Under the pieces are notes generated by a model. It did not search any database. It worked only from the letters and a program-made list of their open reading frames with translations, and was not told the origin of the DNA. The translations under genes and the position numbers were made by a program. From an uncultured Gemmatimonadaceae bacterium (lineage in GTDB: Bacteria > Gemmatimonadota > Gemmatimonadetes > Gemmatimonadales > Gemmatimonadaceae), in assembly GCA_963757185.1 (NCBI GenBank), contig CAVWQI010000003.1, positions 1 through 64,000 on the forward strand: DNA of 64,000 bases, given 5' to 3'. Below, one piece after another: positions 11,269 to 20,242 of this stretch; the first letter of the stretch is position 1, and each line of letters opens with the position of its first letter.

Positions 11269-11307
11269 CTGCCAATCCTCCCGATGAACAATCGGAAGGA
11301 TTGGCAG
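11269..11307 (+). promoter_or_regulatory. nested perfect stem-loop immediately 5' of the tonB-like start codon
   Basis: CTGCCAATCCT c CCGAT gaaca ATCGG a AGGATTGGCAG. An 11-bp outer stem plus a 5-bp inner stem, ending 1 nt before the ATG at 11309. No T-run follows, so it is not an intrinsic terminator. Confidence 0.4.
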
Positions 11308-11308
11308 C

Positions 11309-12121
11309 ATGCTTCGAGAGCTCGTTGGCTCGCGCCCGGCGCGATCCATCCGGCCAGGACCGGTCGCCGCCAGCGCAGTCGCTCACGCCGTTCTGATCGC
11401 CGGCATGCTCATGACCACGCGGGGCACGAGTTCACACTCGCACGGACGAAACCACCTGGCTCAAGAGACTCCGCCGGTGGTTCACGTGCGATACCTCACC
11501 TCGCTGCCGATGGAGCCGGCGGCGCCGGATGAAGCAGCGCCCGTACGCGAACGCCGAGCGACCCCGGCGAAGAGAAGTCCGGTGGTCGAACGACGGAGGT
11601 CGGAGCCGCGGCTCGTCTCGTTCAAGGCGTCGCTCGACGCCATCGCGGACCGCGTCGTCACCGACGTCCGCCCGGCATTCGACGTCGCCGACGTCATGCG
11701 GGACGTCGACGCCCAGGACGCTCGGTGGACCGCGGTGGCCGACTCCGAGTTCAACAACGGGGCCGCGCGGTTGAGCGACGCCGTGCGCCCGCCCGCACCG
11801 ATGGTGAACAACGGGATCTACACGACGGATCTCGTCGACCAGCCCGTGACTCCGCGACCCGGCAACCCCAAGCCGCGATACCCCGAGTCGCTTCGTGCGG
11901 CAGGAGTCGAGGCCGAGGTCAGCGTGCTGTTCGTCGTCGACACAACGGGTAGAGTCGACGAGCCGAGCATCAAGTTCGCGACCCGGGTACACGAGCTGTT
12001 CATGGACGCGATCCGCGTCTCGCTGACGCGGTCCCGCTTTTTCCCCGCCCGACTCTCGGGCTCAGTCGTGCCGCAACTCGTGCAGCAGAGTTTTCGTTTC
12101 GAGCTGCGGGAACGGCCGTAA
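11309..12121 (+). CDS. energy transducer TonB family protein
   Basis: 270 aa. N-terminal TM segment (AASAVAHAVLIAGMLM) and a Pro/Arg-rich linker. The C-terminal TonB domain reads PRYPESLRAAGVEAEVSVLFVVDTTGRV... Confidence 0.6.
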   Translation: MLRELVGSRPARSIRPGPVAASAVAHAVLIAGMLMTTRGTSSHSHGRNHLAQETPPVVHVRYLTSLPMEPAAPDEAAPVRERRATPAKRSPVVERRRSEPRLVSFKASLDAIADRVVTDVRPAFDVADVMRDVDAQDARWTAVADSEFNNGAARLSDAVRPPAPMVNNGIYTTDLVDQPVTPRPGNPKPRYPESLRAAGVEAEVSVLFVVDTTGRVDEPSIKFATRVHELFMDAIRVSLTRSRFFPARLSGSVVPQLVQQSFRFELRERP

Positions 12122-12337
12122 CGGCGTAATAGCGATCGCCGTCGCTTTCGTAGTGAACAGAGCCCGTCGCGAAGATCGCGGCGGGTGCGCTCGTCGTCTG
12201 GCGGCTGGACGGATCGGAGGCCACAGTTCGCGACCAGCGCCGGACGTCTCTTCGACGGGGCGCGCGCGACTTTCGCGTGCGGGCGAAGGATTGTATCCTA
12301 ATCGCGCGCACGCGTCGCACACCCATCGGAGCCGGCC

Positions 12338-13352
12338 ATGTCACTCGGAAGCTTCTTCAAGAAGCAGTTCATCGACGTCATCGCATGGACTGAGGACGTC
12401 CCGGGAACGCTGCAGTTCCGCTACCCGATGCAGGACATGGAGATTCAGAACGGCGCGCAGCTCACGGTGCGCGAGTCGCAGATGGCGGTTTTCGTGAACG
12501 AGGGCGTCTTCGCCGACATCTTTTCGCCCGGCCTCTACACGCTCAACACGAAGACCCTTCCGCTGCTCACCAACCTGCGGAATTGGGACAAGCTCTTTCA
12601 GTCGCCCTTCAAGTCCGACATCTACTTCTATTCGACGCGGCAGCAGACCGGCCAACGGTGGGGCACGCCGATGCCGGTCACGATCCGCGACAAAGAGTTC
12701 GGCGCCGTCCGCCTGCGCGCCAACGGCATCTACTCCTACCACCTCACCGACCCGGCGGTCTTTCAGCAGAAGGTCGCGGCGACGCAGGCCCAGTACACAA
12801 CCGACGAGCTCGAGCCGCATCTGCGCAACGTGATCGTCGGCAAGGTGTCCGACGCGTTCGGGCAGAGCGGGGTCGCGTTCCTCGACATGGCGGGCAACAT
12901 CGACGAGCTGTCGGCGGCGATGCGGGCGCAGGTGGGGCCGCTGTTCTCCGACTTCGGGCTCGCGCTCGACACGTTCCAGGTCGAGAGCCTCTCGCTGCCG
13001 GACGAATTGCAAAAGCTGCTCGACCAGCGCATCGGCATGAACATGGTCGGCGACATGCGGCAGTACGCGCAATTCCAGGCGGCGCAGTCGATGCCGATCG
13101 CCGCGGCGAATCCCGGCGGCGGGGCCGGCATCGGCGCCGGACTTGGTGCCGGCCTCGCGATGGGGAAGGCGATGGCCGACGCGATTTTCCGGCGCGACTT
13201 CCGGCGCGACTTCCGGCGCGACCTCGCCGGCGCCGGGCGCATCGAACGCCGGTGCGGTGCCCTCCGCCGAGACGAAATTCTGCTCGGAGTGCGGCAAGCC
13301 GATCGCGCGGAGCTCGAAGTTCTGCTCCGAGTGCGGCGCGAAACAGGCGTGA
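12338..13352 (+). CDS. SPFH (band-7) domain protein of the YdjI type with C-terminal double zinc ribbon; frameshifted in this sequence
   Basis: ORF 12338..13714 encodes the SPFH domain (MSLGSFFKKQFIDVIAWTED...) and resembles B. subtilis YdjI. The expected C-terminal zinc ribbons (ETKFCSECGKPIARSSKFCSECGAKQA) lie in another frame (ORF 13143..13352). The switch falls at a TTTT run near 13195, followed by a 3x12-bp direct repeat. Confidence 0.7.
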
Positions 13353-13714
13353 CCGGCGTCGAGTGGGTCGTCGACGCGCGTGGGTGTGATCCATCGAAGC
13401 TGACCGACCGAGCTTCGTTGCAGGATCTGCTCGACGGCATCGTCGGCGACCTGTCGCTCAACGTCGTCGGCGAGCCGCTCTGGCACACGTTTCCGGGCGC
13501 GGGGGGCGTCACGGGATTGTGCCTGCTCTCCGAATCGCACCTCGCGATTCACACGTTCCCGGAGCATGGGTCGCTCTGCCTCAACGTGTTTTGTTGCCGT
13601 CCGCGCGGCGACTGGGACGTCGAGGCAAGACTCCGGCATCACGTGGCGGCGAGCGAAGTCGATGTAACGCGAATCGAACGCACTTACGCTGAGATGCCCG
13701 CCCCCCTCCCGTGA
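13349..13714 (+). CDS. speH: S-adenosylmethionine decarboxylase proenzyme (SpeH/SpeD small type)
   Basis: The tail of ORF 12338..13714 contains the AdoMetDC self-cleavage motif LSESHLAIHTFPE. A GTG at 13349 overlaps the upstream stop (GTGA) and gives about 122 aa (VTGVEWVVDARGCDP...). Confidence 0.8.
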   Translation: MTGVEWVVDARGCDPSKLTDRASLQDLLDGIVGDLSLNVVGEPLWHTFPGAGGVTGLCLLSESHLAIHTFPEHGSLCLNVFCCRPRGDWDVEARLRHHVAASEVDVTRIERTYAEMPAPLP

Positions 13715-15657
13715 CTCAACGAACGGCGGCCTGCCCGAATTGCGGCGCTGAGATCACTTTCCGCTGGTCGGGAGCGGTTCAGACGTCGTGCCCCGCCTGT
13801 CACTCGGTGCTCGTCCGTCACGACGTCGACCTCGAGCGGGTCGGCTCGGTCGGCGACGTGCCCCTCTCGATGTCGCGCATCCAGCTCGGCACGGAAGGGT
13901 CGTACAAGGGCAAACCCTTCGTGGTCGTCGGCCGAATCGTCTACGAGTACGAGCGCGGCCATTGGAGCGAGTGGCACATCCGCGTCGGCGACGGCGCCAG
14001 CGCGTGGCTGAGCGACGCGCAGACGGAATACGCGATCACGACGCAGGTCGACAACGCCGGCGCGCTGCCTGGGCCGGGCACCTGCACGCCCGGGCAGCAG
14101 ATCACTGTAGGCGGCGCGCCGTACAGCGTGGCGGTGGTCACGCATGCCTTGTACTCGGGCGTCGAGGGCGAGCTGCCCTTCGAGTACTGGGACAAGCTGC
14201 GCGTCGAATTCGTGGACCTCAAAGGTCCCGGCGACAGATTCGCGACCGTCGACTACAGCGATGCGGCGCCGGTGCTGTACACCGGTGAGTACGTCACGTT
14301 CGAGAGTCTGCAACTCAAGAACCTTCGCGACGCCGCTGACGACGCCGGCCCGCAAGTCACGGGGGTCAAAGGGCTCAATTGCCCGCAGTGCGGCGCGGCG
14401 ATCGAGCTCCGCAGCGGCCAGCTCGCGCAGACGGTCGTGTGTCCGGCGTGCACCGCCATTCTCGATGCGCGCGATCCGAATCTCGCCGTCCTGCAAAAGG
14501 CGCAGGACCGCCTCAATCGCGCGACGCCGGCGATCCCGCTCGGCACGACGGGAACCCTTGGGAACGAGCGCTGGCAGGCGATCGGGTTCCAACTGCGCGG
14601 CGTCGTGATCTCGGGAGTCACGTACTCCTGGCGCGAGTATCTCCTCTGGAACGCCGAACACGGCTTCCGCTATCTCACGGAATACGACGGGCATTGGAAC
14701 GACGTCGTCGTGCTCAAGGGCGCGCCGAAGGAGACGATGATCGCCGGCACTCCGCAGGCCGAATACAACGGGACGACCTTCAAGCATTTCCAGTCGGCGA
14801 CCGCCGAGACGTTCTTCGTGCTCGGCGAGTTTCCCTGGGAAGCGCGGACGGGCGACAAGGTCGAGGACGCGGATTTCGTCGCGCCGCCGTACATGTTGTC
14901 GTCGGAGCGCACGGCCGACGAAATCACCTGGTCGCTTGGCACCTACACGCCGCCGGAACGGATCGCCGAGGCGTTCAAGCTTTCGTCTCCGCTCCCGGCG
15001 CCGCGCGGCATCTTCGCCAATCAGCCCAATCCCCGGTCGGGCGCGGCCGGCGCGATGAAAGGGACGTTTTTCCTGTTGGCGGCGGCGTTGCTCGTGCTCG
15101 CCGTGACCCGATTCGTCACCGCGCGCAACGAGCCGGTGTTCACGCAGTCTTATGAGTATACGACAAACGGCGATTCTTCCGCCTACGTGACGCCCGTCTT
15201 CACGCTCGGCGGCCACACGTCGAACGTCGAGCTGGACATCCGCACGAGCCTGTCGAATGCGTGGGCGTTTTACAACGTGGCGCTGCTCGACGAGAACGGC
15301 GGCCCGGGGTTCGAGTTCGGGCGGGAGGTGTCGTACTACGCCGGCGTCGAGGACGGCGAGGCGTGGCACGAAGGATCGCCCGAGGACAAAGTCGTCCTGC
15401 CTTCCATTCCCTCCGGGCGCTACTACCTTCGCGTCGCGCTGGACCGGGACGCCGGTGCGCAGCCGTTCTCGTATACCCTGGCGGTGAAGCGCGACGTGCC
15501 GCGCGTCTGGCCCTTTCTCGCCGCGCTCGTGCTGCTGGCGCTGCCGGTGCTGTTCGCGGCGTTCAGCGCGGTGAACTTCGAGTACAACCGTTGGCGCGAG
15601 AGCGACCACCCGTGGGTAACCACGTCGTCCGATTCGGGCGACGACGACAGCGAGTGA
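13711..15657 (+). CDS. DUF4178 domain-containing membrane protein with two zinc-ribbon modules
   Basis: 648 aa with a GTG start overlapping the speH stop (GTGA). Two CxxC...CxxC ribbons (CPNCGAEI..CPACHS and CPQCGAAI..CPACTA) are each followed by a DUF4178-like domain. There are two TM helices. Confidence 0.75.
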   Translation: MTQRTAACPNCGAEITFRWSGAVQTSCPACHSVLVRHDVDLERVGSVGDVPLSMSRIQLGTEGSYKGKPFVVVGRIVYEYERGHWSEWHIRVGDGASAWLSDAQTEYAITTQVDNAGALPGPGTCTPGQQITVGGAPYSVAVVTHALYSGVEGELPFEYWDKLRVEFVDLKGPGDRFATVDYSDAAPVLYTGEYVTFESLQLKNLRDAADDAGPQVTGVKGLNCPQCGAAIELRSGQLAQTVVCPACTAILDARDPNLAVLQKAQDRLNRATPAIPLGTTGTLGNERWQAIGFQLRGVVISGVTYSWREYLLWNAEHGFRYLTEYDGHWNDVVVLKGAPKETMIAGTPQAEYNGTTFKHFQSATAETFFVLGEFPWEARTGDKVEDADFVAPPYMLSSERTADEITWSLGTYTPPERIAEAFKLSSPLPAPRGIFANQPNPRSGAAGAMKGTFFLLAAALLVLAVTRFVTARNEPVFTQSYEYTTNGDSSAYVTPVFTLGGHTSNVELDIRTSLSNAWAFYNVALLDENGGPGFEFGREVSYYAGVEDGEAWHEGSPEDKVVLPSIPSGRYYLRVALDRDAGAQPFSYTLAVKRDVPRVWPFLAALVLLALPVLFAAFSAVNFEYNRWRESDHPWVTTSSDSGDDDSE

Positions 15658-15661
15658 TGAA

Positions 15662-15853
15662 ATGATCGGCAAGACTCTGTATCTGATTCTCGGCCTGGTC
15701 GTTCTCGCGGGCACGGCGGCCGCCGAGTGGCGAGGGTGGGGAACGACCAGCGTGACCGAGGTGAAAGACGTGCCGCGCACCGTGCGCAACAATCCGGGCT
15801 CCTATCGCCCCCACTACATGTACCTGGGCTCCTCCTTCCGGCGGGGAAAATGA
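15662..15853 (+). CDS. small hypothetical membrane protein
   Basis: 63 aa with a single N-terminal TM (LYLILGLVVLAGTAAA). It sits tightly between the DUF4178 and DUF350 genes. Confidence 0.35.
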   Translation: MIGKTLYLILGLVVLAGTAAAEWRGWGTTSVTEVKDVPRTVRNNPGSYRPHYMYLGSSFRRGK

Positions 15854-15854
15854 A

Positions 15855-16073
15855 ATGACCGTCTTCGACAATCTGGGTTCGAACTTCATCTCGGCCGTCG
15901 TCTTCGCGCTGCTCGGCGTCGTTCTATTCGTCGTCGGCTTCATGATCTTCGACAAGATCACGCCGGGCAGTCTATGGAAGGAGCTGCTCGAGGATCAGAA
16001 CACGGCGCTGGGCGTCCTCATGGCGGGCGTGGCGATCGCCATCGCCATCATCATCGCGGCGGCGATTCATTGA
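15855..16073 (+). CDS. DUF350 (YjfL family) small membrane protein
   Basis: 72 aa. Two TM segments and the DUF350-like core LWKELLEDQNTALGVLMAGVAIAIAIIIAAAI. Confidence 0.7.
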   Translation: MTVFDNLGSNFISAVVFALLGVVLFVVGFMIFDKITPGSLWKELLEDQNTALGVLMAGVAIAIAIIIAAAIH

Positions 16074-17566
16074 CCGTCGCGCTGTTCCTGTCGGTCCTGT
16101 TGATCGCGGCGTGCGGGCTCGTTTACGAGCTCGTCGCCAGCGCGCTCGCCAGCTATCTGCTCGGCGACAGCGTCTTCCAGTTCTCGACCGTCATCGGGGC
16201 GTATCTGTTCGCGATGGGAATCGGCAGTTGGATGTCGCGCTACATCGGGCGGGGGCTCGTGGCGCGATTCGTCACCATCGAGCTGATGGTCGGCGTAGTG
16301 GGCGGCTTCTCGTCGATGCTGCTGTTTCTCGCCTTCGCCTACACGTCGGCGTTTCGATTGGCGCTCTACGCGATCGTCGTCGTGCTCGGCATCCTGGTCG
16401 GACTCGAGGTGCCGCTCCTGATGCGGATCCTCCGCGACAGGTTCGACTTCAAGGACGTGATCGCGAACGTCCTCACGTTCGACTACCTCGGCGCGCTCGC
16501 CGCCTCGCTGGCCTTTCCGATCCTCCTCGTACCGCATCTCGGGCTGGTCCGGTCGGCGATCCTGTTCGGGCTCGTGAACGCGGCGATCGCGCTCTGGTCC
16601 ACCTTCCTGTTCGCGAAGGTACTGCCGACGCGTCGCACTCTCCGCGCGGCGTCGGTGGCGGTGCTGGCCTTGCTCGGCGCGGGCATGGCGGCGGCGGGGA
16701 AGATCACCGACGAAGCCGAGGGCAACATCTACTCGGACGACGTCATCTTCGCGCGCGACACACGGTACCAGCGCATCGTGCTGACCGCGTGGAAGGACGA
16801 CCTGCGGCTTTTTCTGAACTCGCACCTCCAATTCAGCTCGCGCGACGAATATCGATACCACGAAGCGCTGGTGCATCCGGGGCTGTCGTCGCTGCCGGCC
16901 GCCAGACGCGTACTCGTGTTGGGCGGCGGCGACGGCCTGGCCGTTCGCGAGATCCTGCGTCATCCGAACGTGGAACACGTGACGCTGGTCGATCTCGATC
17001 CCGCGATGACGAAGTTGTTTTCGACGCATCCGCTGCTCACGCGCTTGAACGACCACGCGTTCGCCTCGCCGAAGGTACGGGTCATCAACGCCGACGCGTT
17101 CGTCTGGCTCGACGAGAACGCCGAGTCGTTCGACTTCGCCGTGGTGGACTTTCCGGATCCGGACAACTACAGCATCGGCAAGCTGTACACGACGGCGTTC
17201 TATCGCCTGTTGGCGAGACACATCACTCCGGGCGGATCGTTCGTCGTTCAGAGCACTTCGCCGCTGTTCGCGCGGCAGACGTTCTGGTCGATCGTCGAGA
17301 CGCTCAAATCGGCGGGGCTGAACACCTATCCGTATCACGTCTACGTGCCGTCGTTCGGCGAGTGGGGCTTCGTACTGGCCACGCACGGAGCGTACGCGAC
17401 ACCGAACGACCTGCCGAACGGACTGCGCTTCTTGACGACGGCCGCGGTGAGCGAGGCGTTCGAGTTTCCGCGCGACATGGCGCCCGTGGCCGCGCGCGCG
17501 AACCATCTGAACGACCAGATGCTCGTGCGCTACTACGGCGAAGAGTTCGACAAGATCAACCGGTAG
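16070..17566 (+). CDS. speE: polyamine aminopropyltransferase (spermidine synthase) with N-terminal multi-TM membrane domain
   Basis: A TTG start at 16070 overlaps the DUF350 stop (ATTGA). About 200 aa of TM helices are followed by the spermidine synthase fold (VLVLGGGDGLAVREIL..., VDFPDPDN, GGSFVVQSTSP). Confidence 0.85.
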   Translation: MTVALFLSVLLIAACGLVYELVASALASYLLGDSVFQFSTVIGAYLFAMGIGSWMSRYIGRGLVARFVTIELMVGVVGGFSSMLLFLAFAYTSAFRLALYAIVVVLGILVGLEVPLLMRILRDRFDFKDVIANVLTFDYLGALAASLAFPILLVPHLGLVRSAILFGLVNAAIALWSTFLFAKVLPTRRTLRAASVAVLALLGAGMAAAGKITDEAEGNIYSDDVIFARDTRYQRIVLTAWKDDLRLFLNSHLQFSSRDEYRYHEALVHPGLSSLPAARRVLVLGGGDGLAVREILRHPNVEHVTLVDLDPAMTKLFSTHPLLTRLNDHAFASPKVRVINADAFVWLDENAESFDFAVVDFPDPDNYSIGKLYTTAFYRLLARHITPGGSFVVQSTSPLFARQTFWSIVETLKSAGLNTYPYHVYVPSFGEWGFVLATHGAYATPNDLPNGLRFLTTAAVSEAFEFPRDMAPVAARANHLNDQMLVRYYGEEFDKINR

Positions 17567-17570
17567 CGTC

Positions 17571-19114
17571 GTGAAGCGGCGGGCGTTTCTGGGGATGTTG
17601 GCCGCGCCGCTCGTCGGGGTGCCGCTTGTCGCGCCGGCGCTCGTCGGGTTGAAGCGGAAGTCTCCACGGACGATCGCCGGCGGGTTCGTCGACGACGGCG
17701 GCGCGGTGGGCCACCGGCTTCGCGACGGAACACTGACCGGCGTGCGCGGGCCCGAGAAGCGCGTACCCATCGTGATCGTCGGTGGAGGAATGGCCGGGCT
17801 CAGCGCGGGGTGGGAGCTTCGCCGCCGGGGGGGGGCGCGTCCGACTTCGTGATTCTGGAGCTCGAATCGGTTGCCGGCGGCAACGCGCGCTCGGGCGAGA
17901 ACGAGGTCTCGGCCTATCCGTGGGCGGCGCACTACGTGCCGGTGCCGAGCGTCAAGTCGACGCTCGTGCGCGAGCTGTTCGAGGAGCTCGGCGTCCTGCG
18001 CGACGGCGCGTGGGAGGAGCGGTACCTATGCTTCTCGCCGCAGGAGCGTCTCTTCGCGCACGGCGAGTGGCACGACGGGATCGAGCCCGACTTCGCGCTC
18101 GACGCCGCGGGCCGCGCGGCGTTCAGCCGCTTCGACCAGTTGATCGCCGAGCATCGAGCGAGCGGCGAGTTCACGATCCCAATGGCGGACGGCGTGCGGC
18201 GCGACTCACCGCTGGACCGGGTTTCGATGGCTCAGTGGCTCGCGCAGCATCAGCTCGACGTTCCGGCGATGCGTTGGTACGTCGACTACGCGTGTCGCGA
18301 CGACTACGGCGCGCTGGCGAAGGACACGTCGGCGTGGGCCGGCGTCCACTATTTCGCGTCGCGGCCGCACGACGAACAGGGGCCGCTCACGTGGCCGGAG
18401 GGAAACGGCTGGATCGCCAAGCGACTGATCGCGATGCTCGCCGACCACATTCGGCCGGCGGAGCCCGCGGTACGAATCGAACGGTCGGGTGCAGGCGCGC
18501 GTTGGCGCGTGGCGACGACGAAGGGAACGTATCTCGCCGAGTCGGTGATCTTCGCCGCGCCGTCGTTCTTGGCACCGCACGTCGTCCCCGAGCTCGCGCC
18601 GCGCCGCGTGCCGCTGGTCTATTCGCCGTGGATGACCGCGAACTTGACGCTCGATCGGTTGCCGAGAGAACGAGGGCACGGTGCACCGCTTTCCTGGGAC
18701 AACGTCATCTACGATTCCCCCGCACTCGGCTACGTCGACGCGACGCACCAGTCGCTGCGCACGCACTCCGAGCGCGCCGTGTGGACGTACTATTGGTCGC
18801 TGGCCGATCGGGCGCCAGCGGACGGGCGGCGCGACCTGCTCGCGCTCACCTGGCGCGACTGCGTCGAACGCATCTTGGCGGATCTCGAGCGGGCGCACCC
18901 CGACATTCGTGAGTGCGTCTCGCGGATCGACGTCATGCGGCTCGGCCACGCGATGGTGCGCCCAGCGGTCGGATTTTTGGCGGCGACAGCGGATGTGGTC
19001 CGGCTCGCCCCACCCGGATTCCATCTCGCCAACTCGGACCTGAGCGGTCTATCTCTGTTCGAGGAAGCTCAGTTCCGCGGCGTCAGCGCGGCGCGGGCGG
19101 TTCTTGGGCGGTAG
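17571..19114 (+). CDS. Tat-secreted FAD-dependent flavin amine oxidase-like oxidoreductase; frameshifted at a G9 tract
   Basis: ORF 17571..17852 carries a twin-arginine signal (MKRRAFLGMLAAPLVG) and the dinucleotide fold VIVGGGMAGLSAGWELRRRGG. The protein continues in a different frame in ORF 17810..19114 (ASDFVILELESVAGGNARSGE...). The junction is a run of 9 G at 17827..17835. G10 or G7 would restore one frame. Confidence 0.7.
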
Positions 19115-19120
19115 GGCAGG

Positions 19121-19367
19121 CAACAGCAACTACTCAACGCAGAGACGCGGAGACGCAGGGGACTGCACACCGGGCCGGGCAGTCGCGCAATGAGCCGTGA
19201 TTTTTTGTGAAAGCCGCTCGGGGAGTATCAGAGCGTAGGGGGCAAAGGTCCGAAACCGAGAGGCCTCCCGAGCGGCTTCTTACCAAGCATTCATCCCGGC
19301 CCGTGCTGAGTGGAGGCTTGGCCGGAGCATTGACCCTCTGCGTCTCTGCGTTGAGCAGTTGTCGTTC
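19121..19367. repeat. MITE-like palindromic element, family 1, copy A (about 247 bp)
   Basis: Terminal inverted repeats CAACAGCAACTACTCAACGCAGAGACGC ... GCGTCTCTGCGTTGAGCAGTTGTCGTTC. The interior is also palindromic (GCCGCTCGGG ... CCCGAGCGGC). A second copy lies at 22122..22388. Confidence 0.7.
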
Positions 19368-19618
19368 ATTCGCGGATTTCATGATCCGCGTTGAGTTCTT
19401 GTCGCTTGGCCGGAAACAGGAACAGGCGCGTAAACGAGTGACGTCCCGGCACGTCGGGCAGTTAAGCCCAGCGGCCTTGTGATCGTTCACGGACATTCTC
19501 AGCGCCGGCCCTCGCGTTTTTCTGTACGGCATCATATATATGGACTACAATTGAAGCTTGCGGTTGTGACGCCGCCGATGGCGACCGTGAGTTCGGCCCC
19601 AACGTTTCTCCAACTCAC

Positions 19619-20242
19619 ATGCCTCGCCCCCTTCAGACTGCCGCCCGCGCGGCGGCCGTAGTCGCATGTCTCGCTTGCATCGCCGATCCGGCCACAGCGC
19701 AACGCCCTGCGCCGGCTAGCGCAACGTTCAACCATGGCATCGTGGTTGGCGGCGAGTGGTTGCAGGCAAACGCCCTTCCGCTCAACCGTGACGCGCTCGG
19801 GAGCATGTCGGCCGAAGCGTCGCTCCGCCATTCGCACTGGGCGATCGATGCGGGGTGGCTGCGGATCGCGCGCAACCTGAGCACCGTGCAGGGCGGATTC
19901 GTTTCGGTCGGCGTTCCGCTCGCGTGGGGTCGGTTGCTCGCCATTCCATCGATCGGCGCGTTCGGAGGTCAGGCGCAACGCTCGGTCGACTCGACGGGCT
20001 TCGACTTCGTCGGCCCGAACGGCGTCATCGGCCACACCCCGCGTTACAGCTTTTCGCAGTCCGGCTCAGCGGGCGGCGGCGTCGGGTTGACGCTCGAAGT
20101 GCCGGTGTATCGCGCGATCGCGCTTCGCGCGAGCGGATCCGAATGGTATTTCAGCGGCGCGCCGCTCGAGGGTGATCGGGCCAGAACGCTCGTCGGCGTC
20201 GGCCTCTCGATCCGCGTCAATCGCCTGGGAGGGAGCCGCTGA
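19619..20242 (+). CDS. hypothetical secreted protein (possible small outer-membrane beta-barrel)
   Basis: 207 aa with a signal peptide (AAVVACLACIADPATAQ). Gly/Ser-rich amphipathic composition. No recognised catalytic motifs. Confidence 0.4.
   Translation: MPRPLQTAARAAAVVACLACIADPATAQRPAPASATFNHGIVVGGEWLQANALPLNRDALGSMSAEASLRHSHWAIDAGWLRIARNLSTVQGGFVSVGVPLAWGRLLAIPSIGAFGGQAQRSVDSTGFDFVGPNGVIGHTPRYSFSQSGSAGGGVGLTLEVPVYRAIALRASGSEWYFSGAPLEGDRARTLVGVGLSIRVNRLGGSR

Noticed and set aside
12338-13714. Reading the full 458-aa ORF 12338..13714 as one SPFH-SpeH fusion protein
   Set aside because: The middle of that frame (RRDFRRDFRRD…LLRVRRETG) is a wrong-frame reading of the Gly/Ser/Thr linker and zinc ribbon. 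The AdoMetDC part has its own GTG start overlapping the zinc-ribbon stop, so these are two genes.
13684-15792. 702-aa minus-strand ORF antisense to the DUF4178 gene
   Set aside because: It is antisense to a gene with two clear zinc ribbons and TM helices. It has no start context and an R/G/A-rich translation.
16067-17932. 621-aa minus-strand ORF and the 16111..17574 ORF overlapping speE
   Set aside because: The spermidine synthase frame shows canonical motifs and the others are compositional artefacts.
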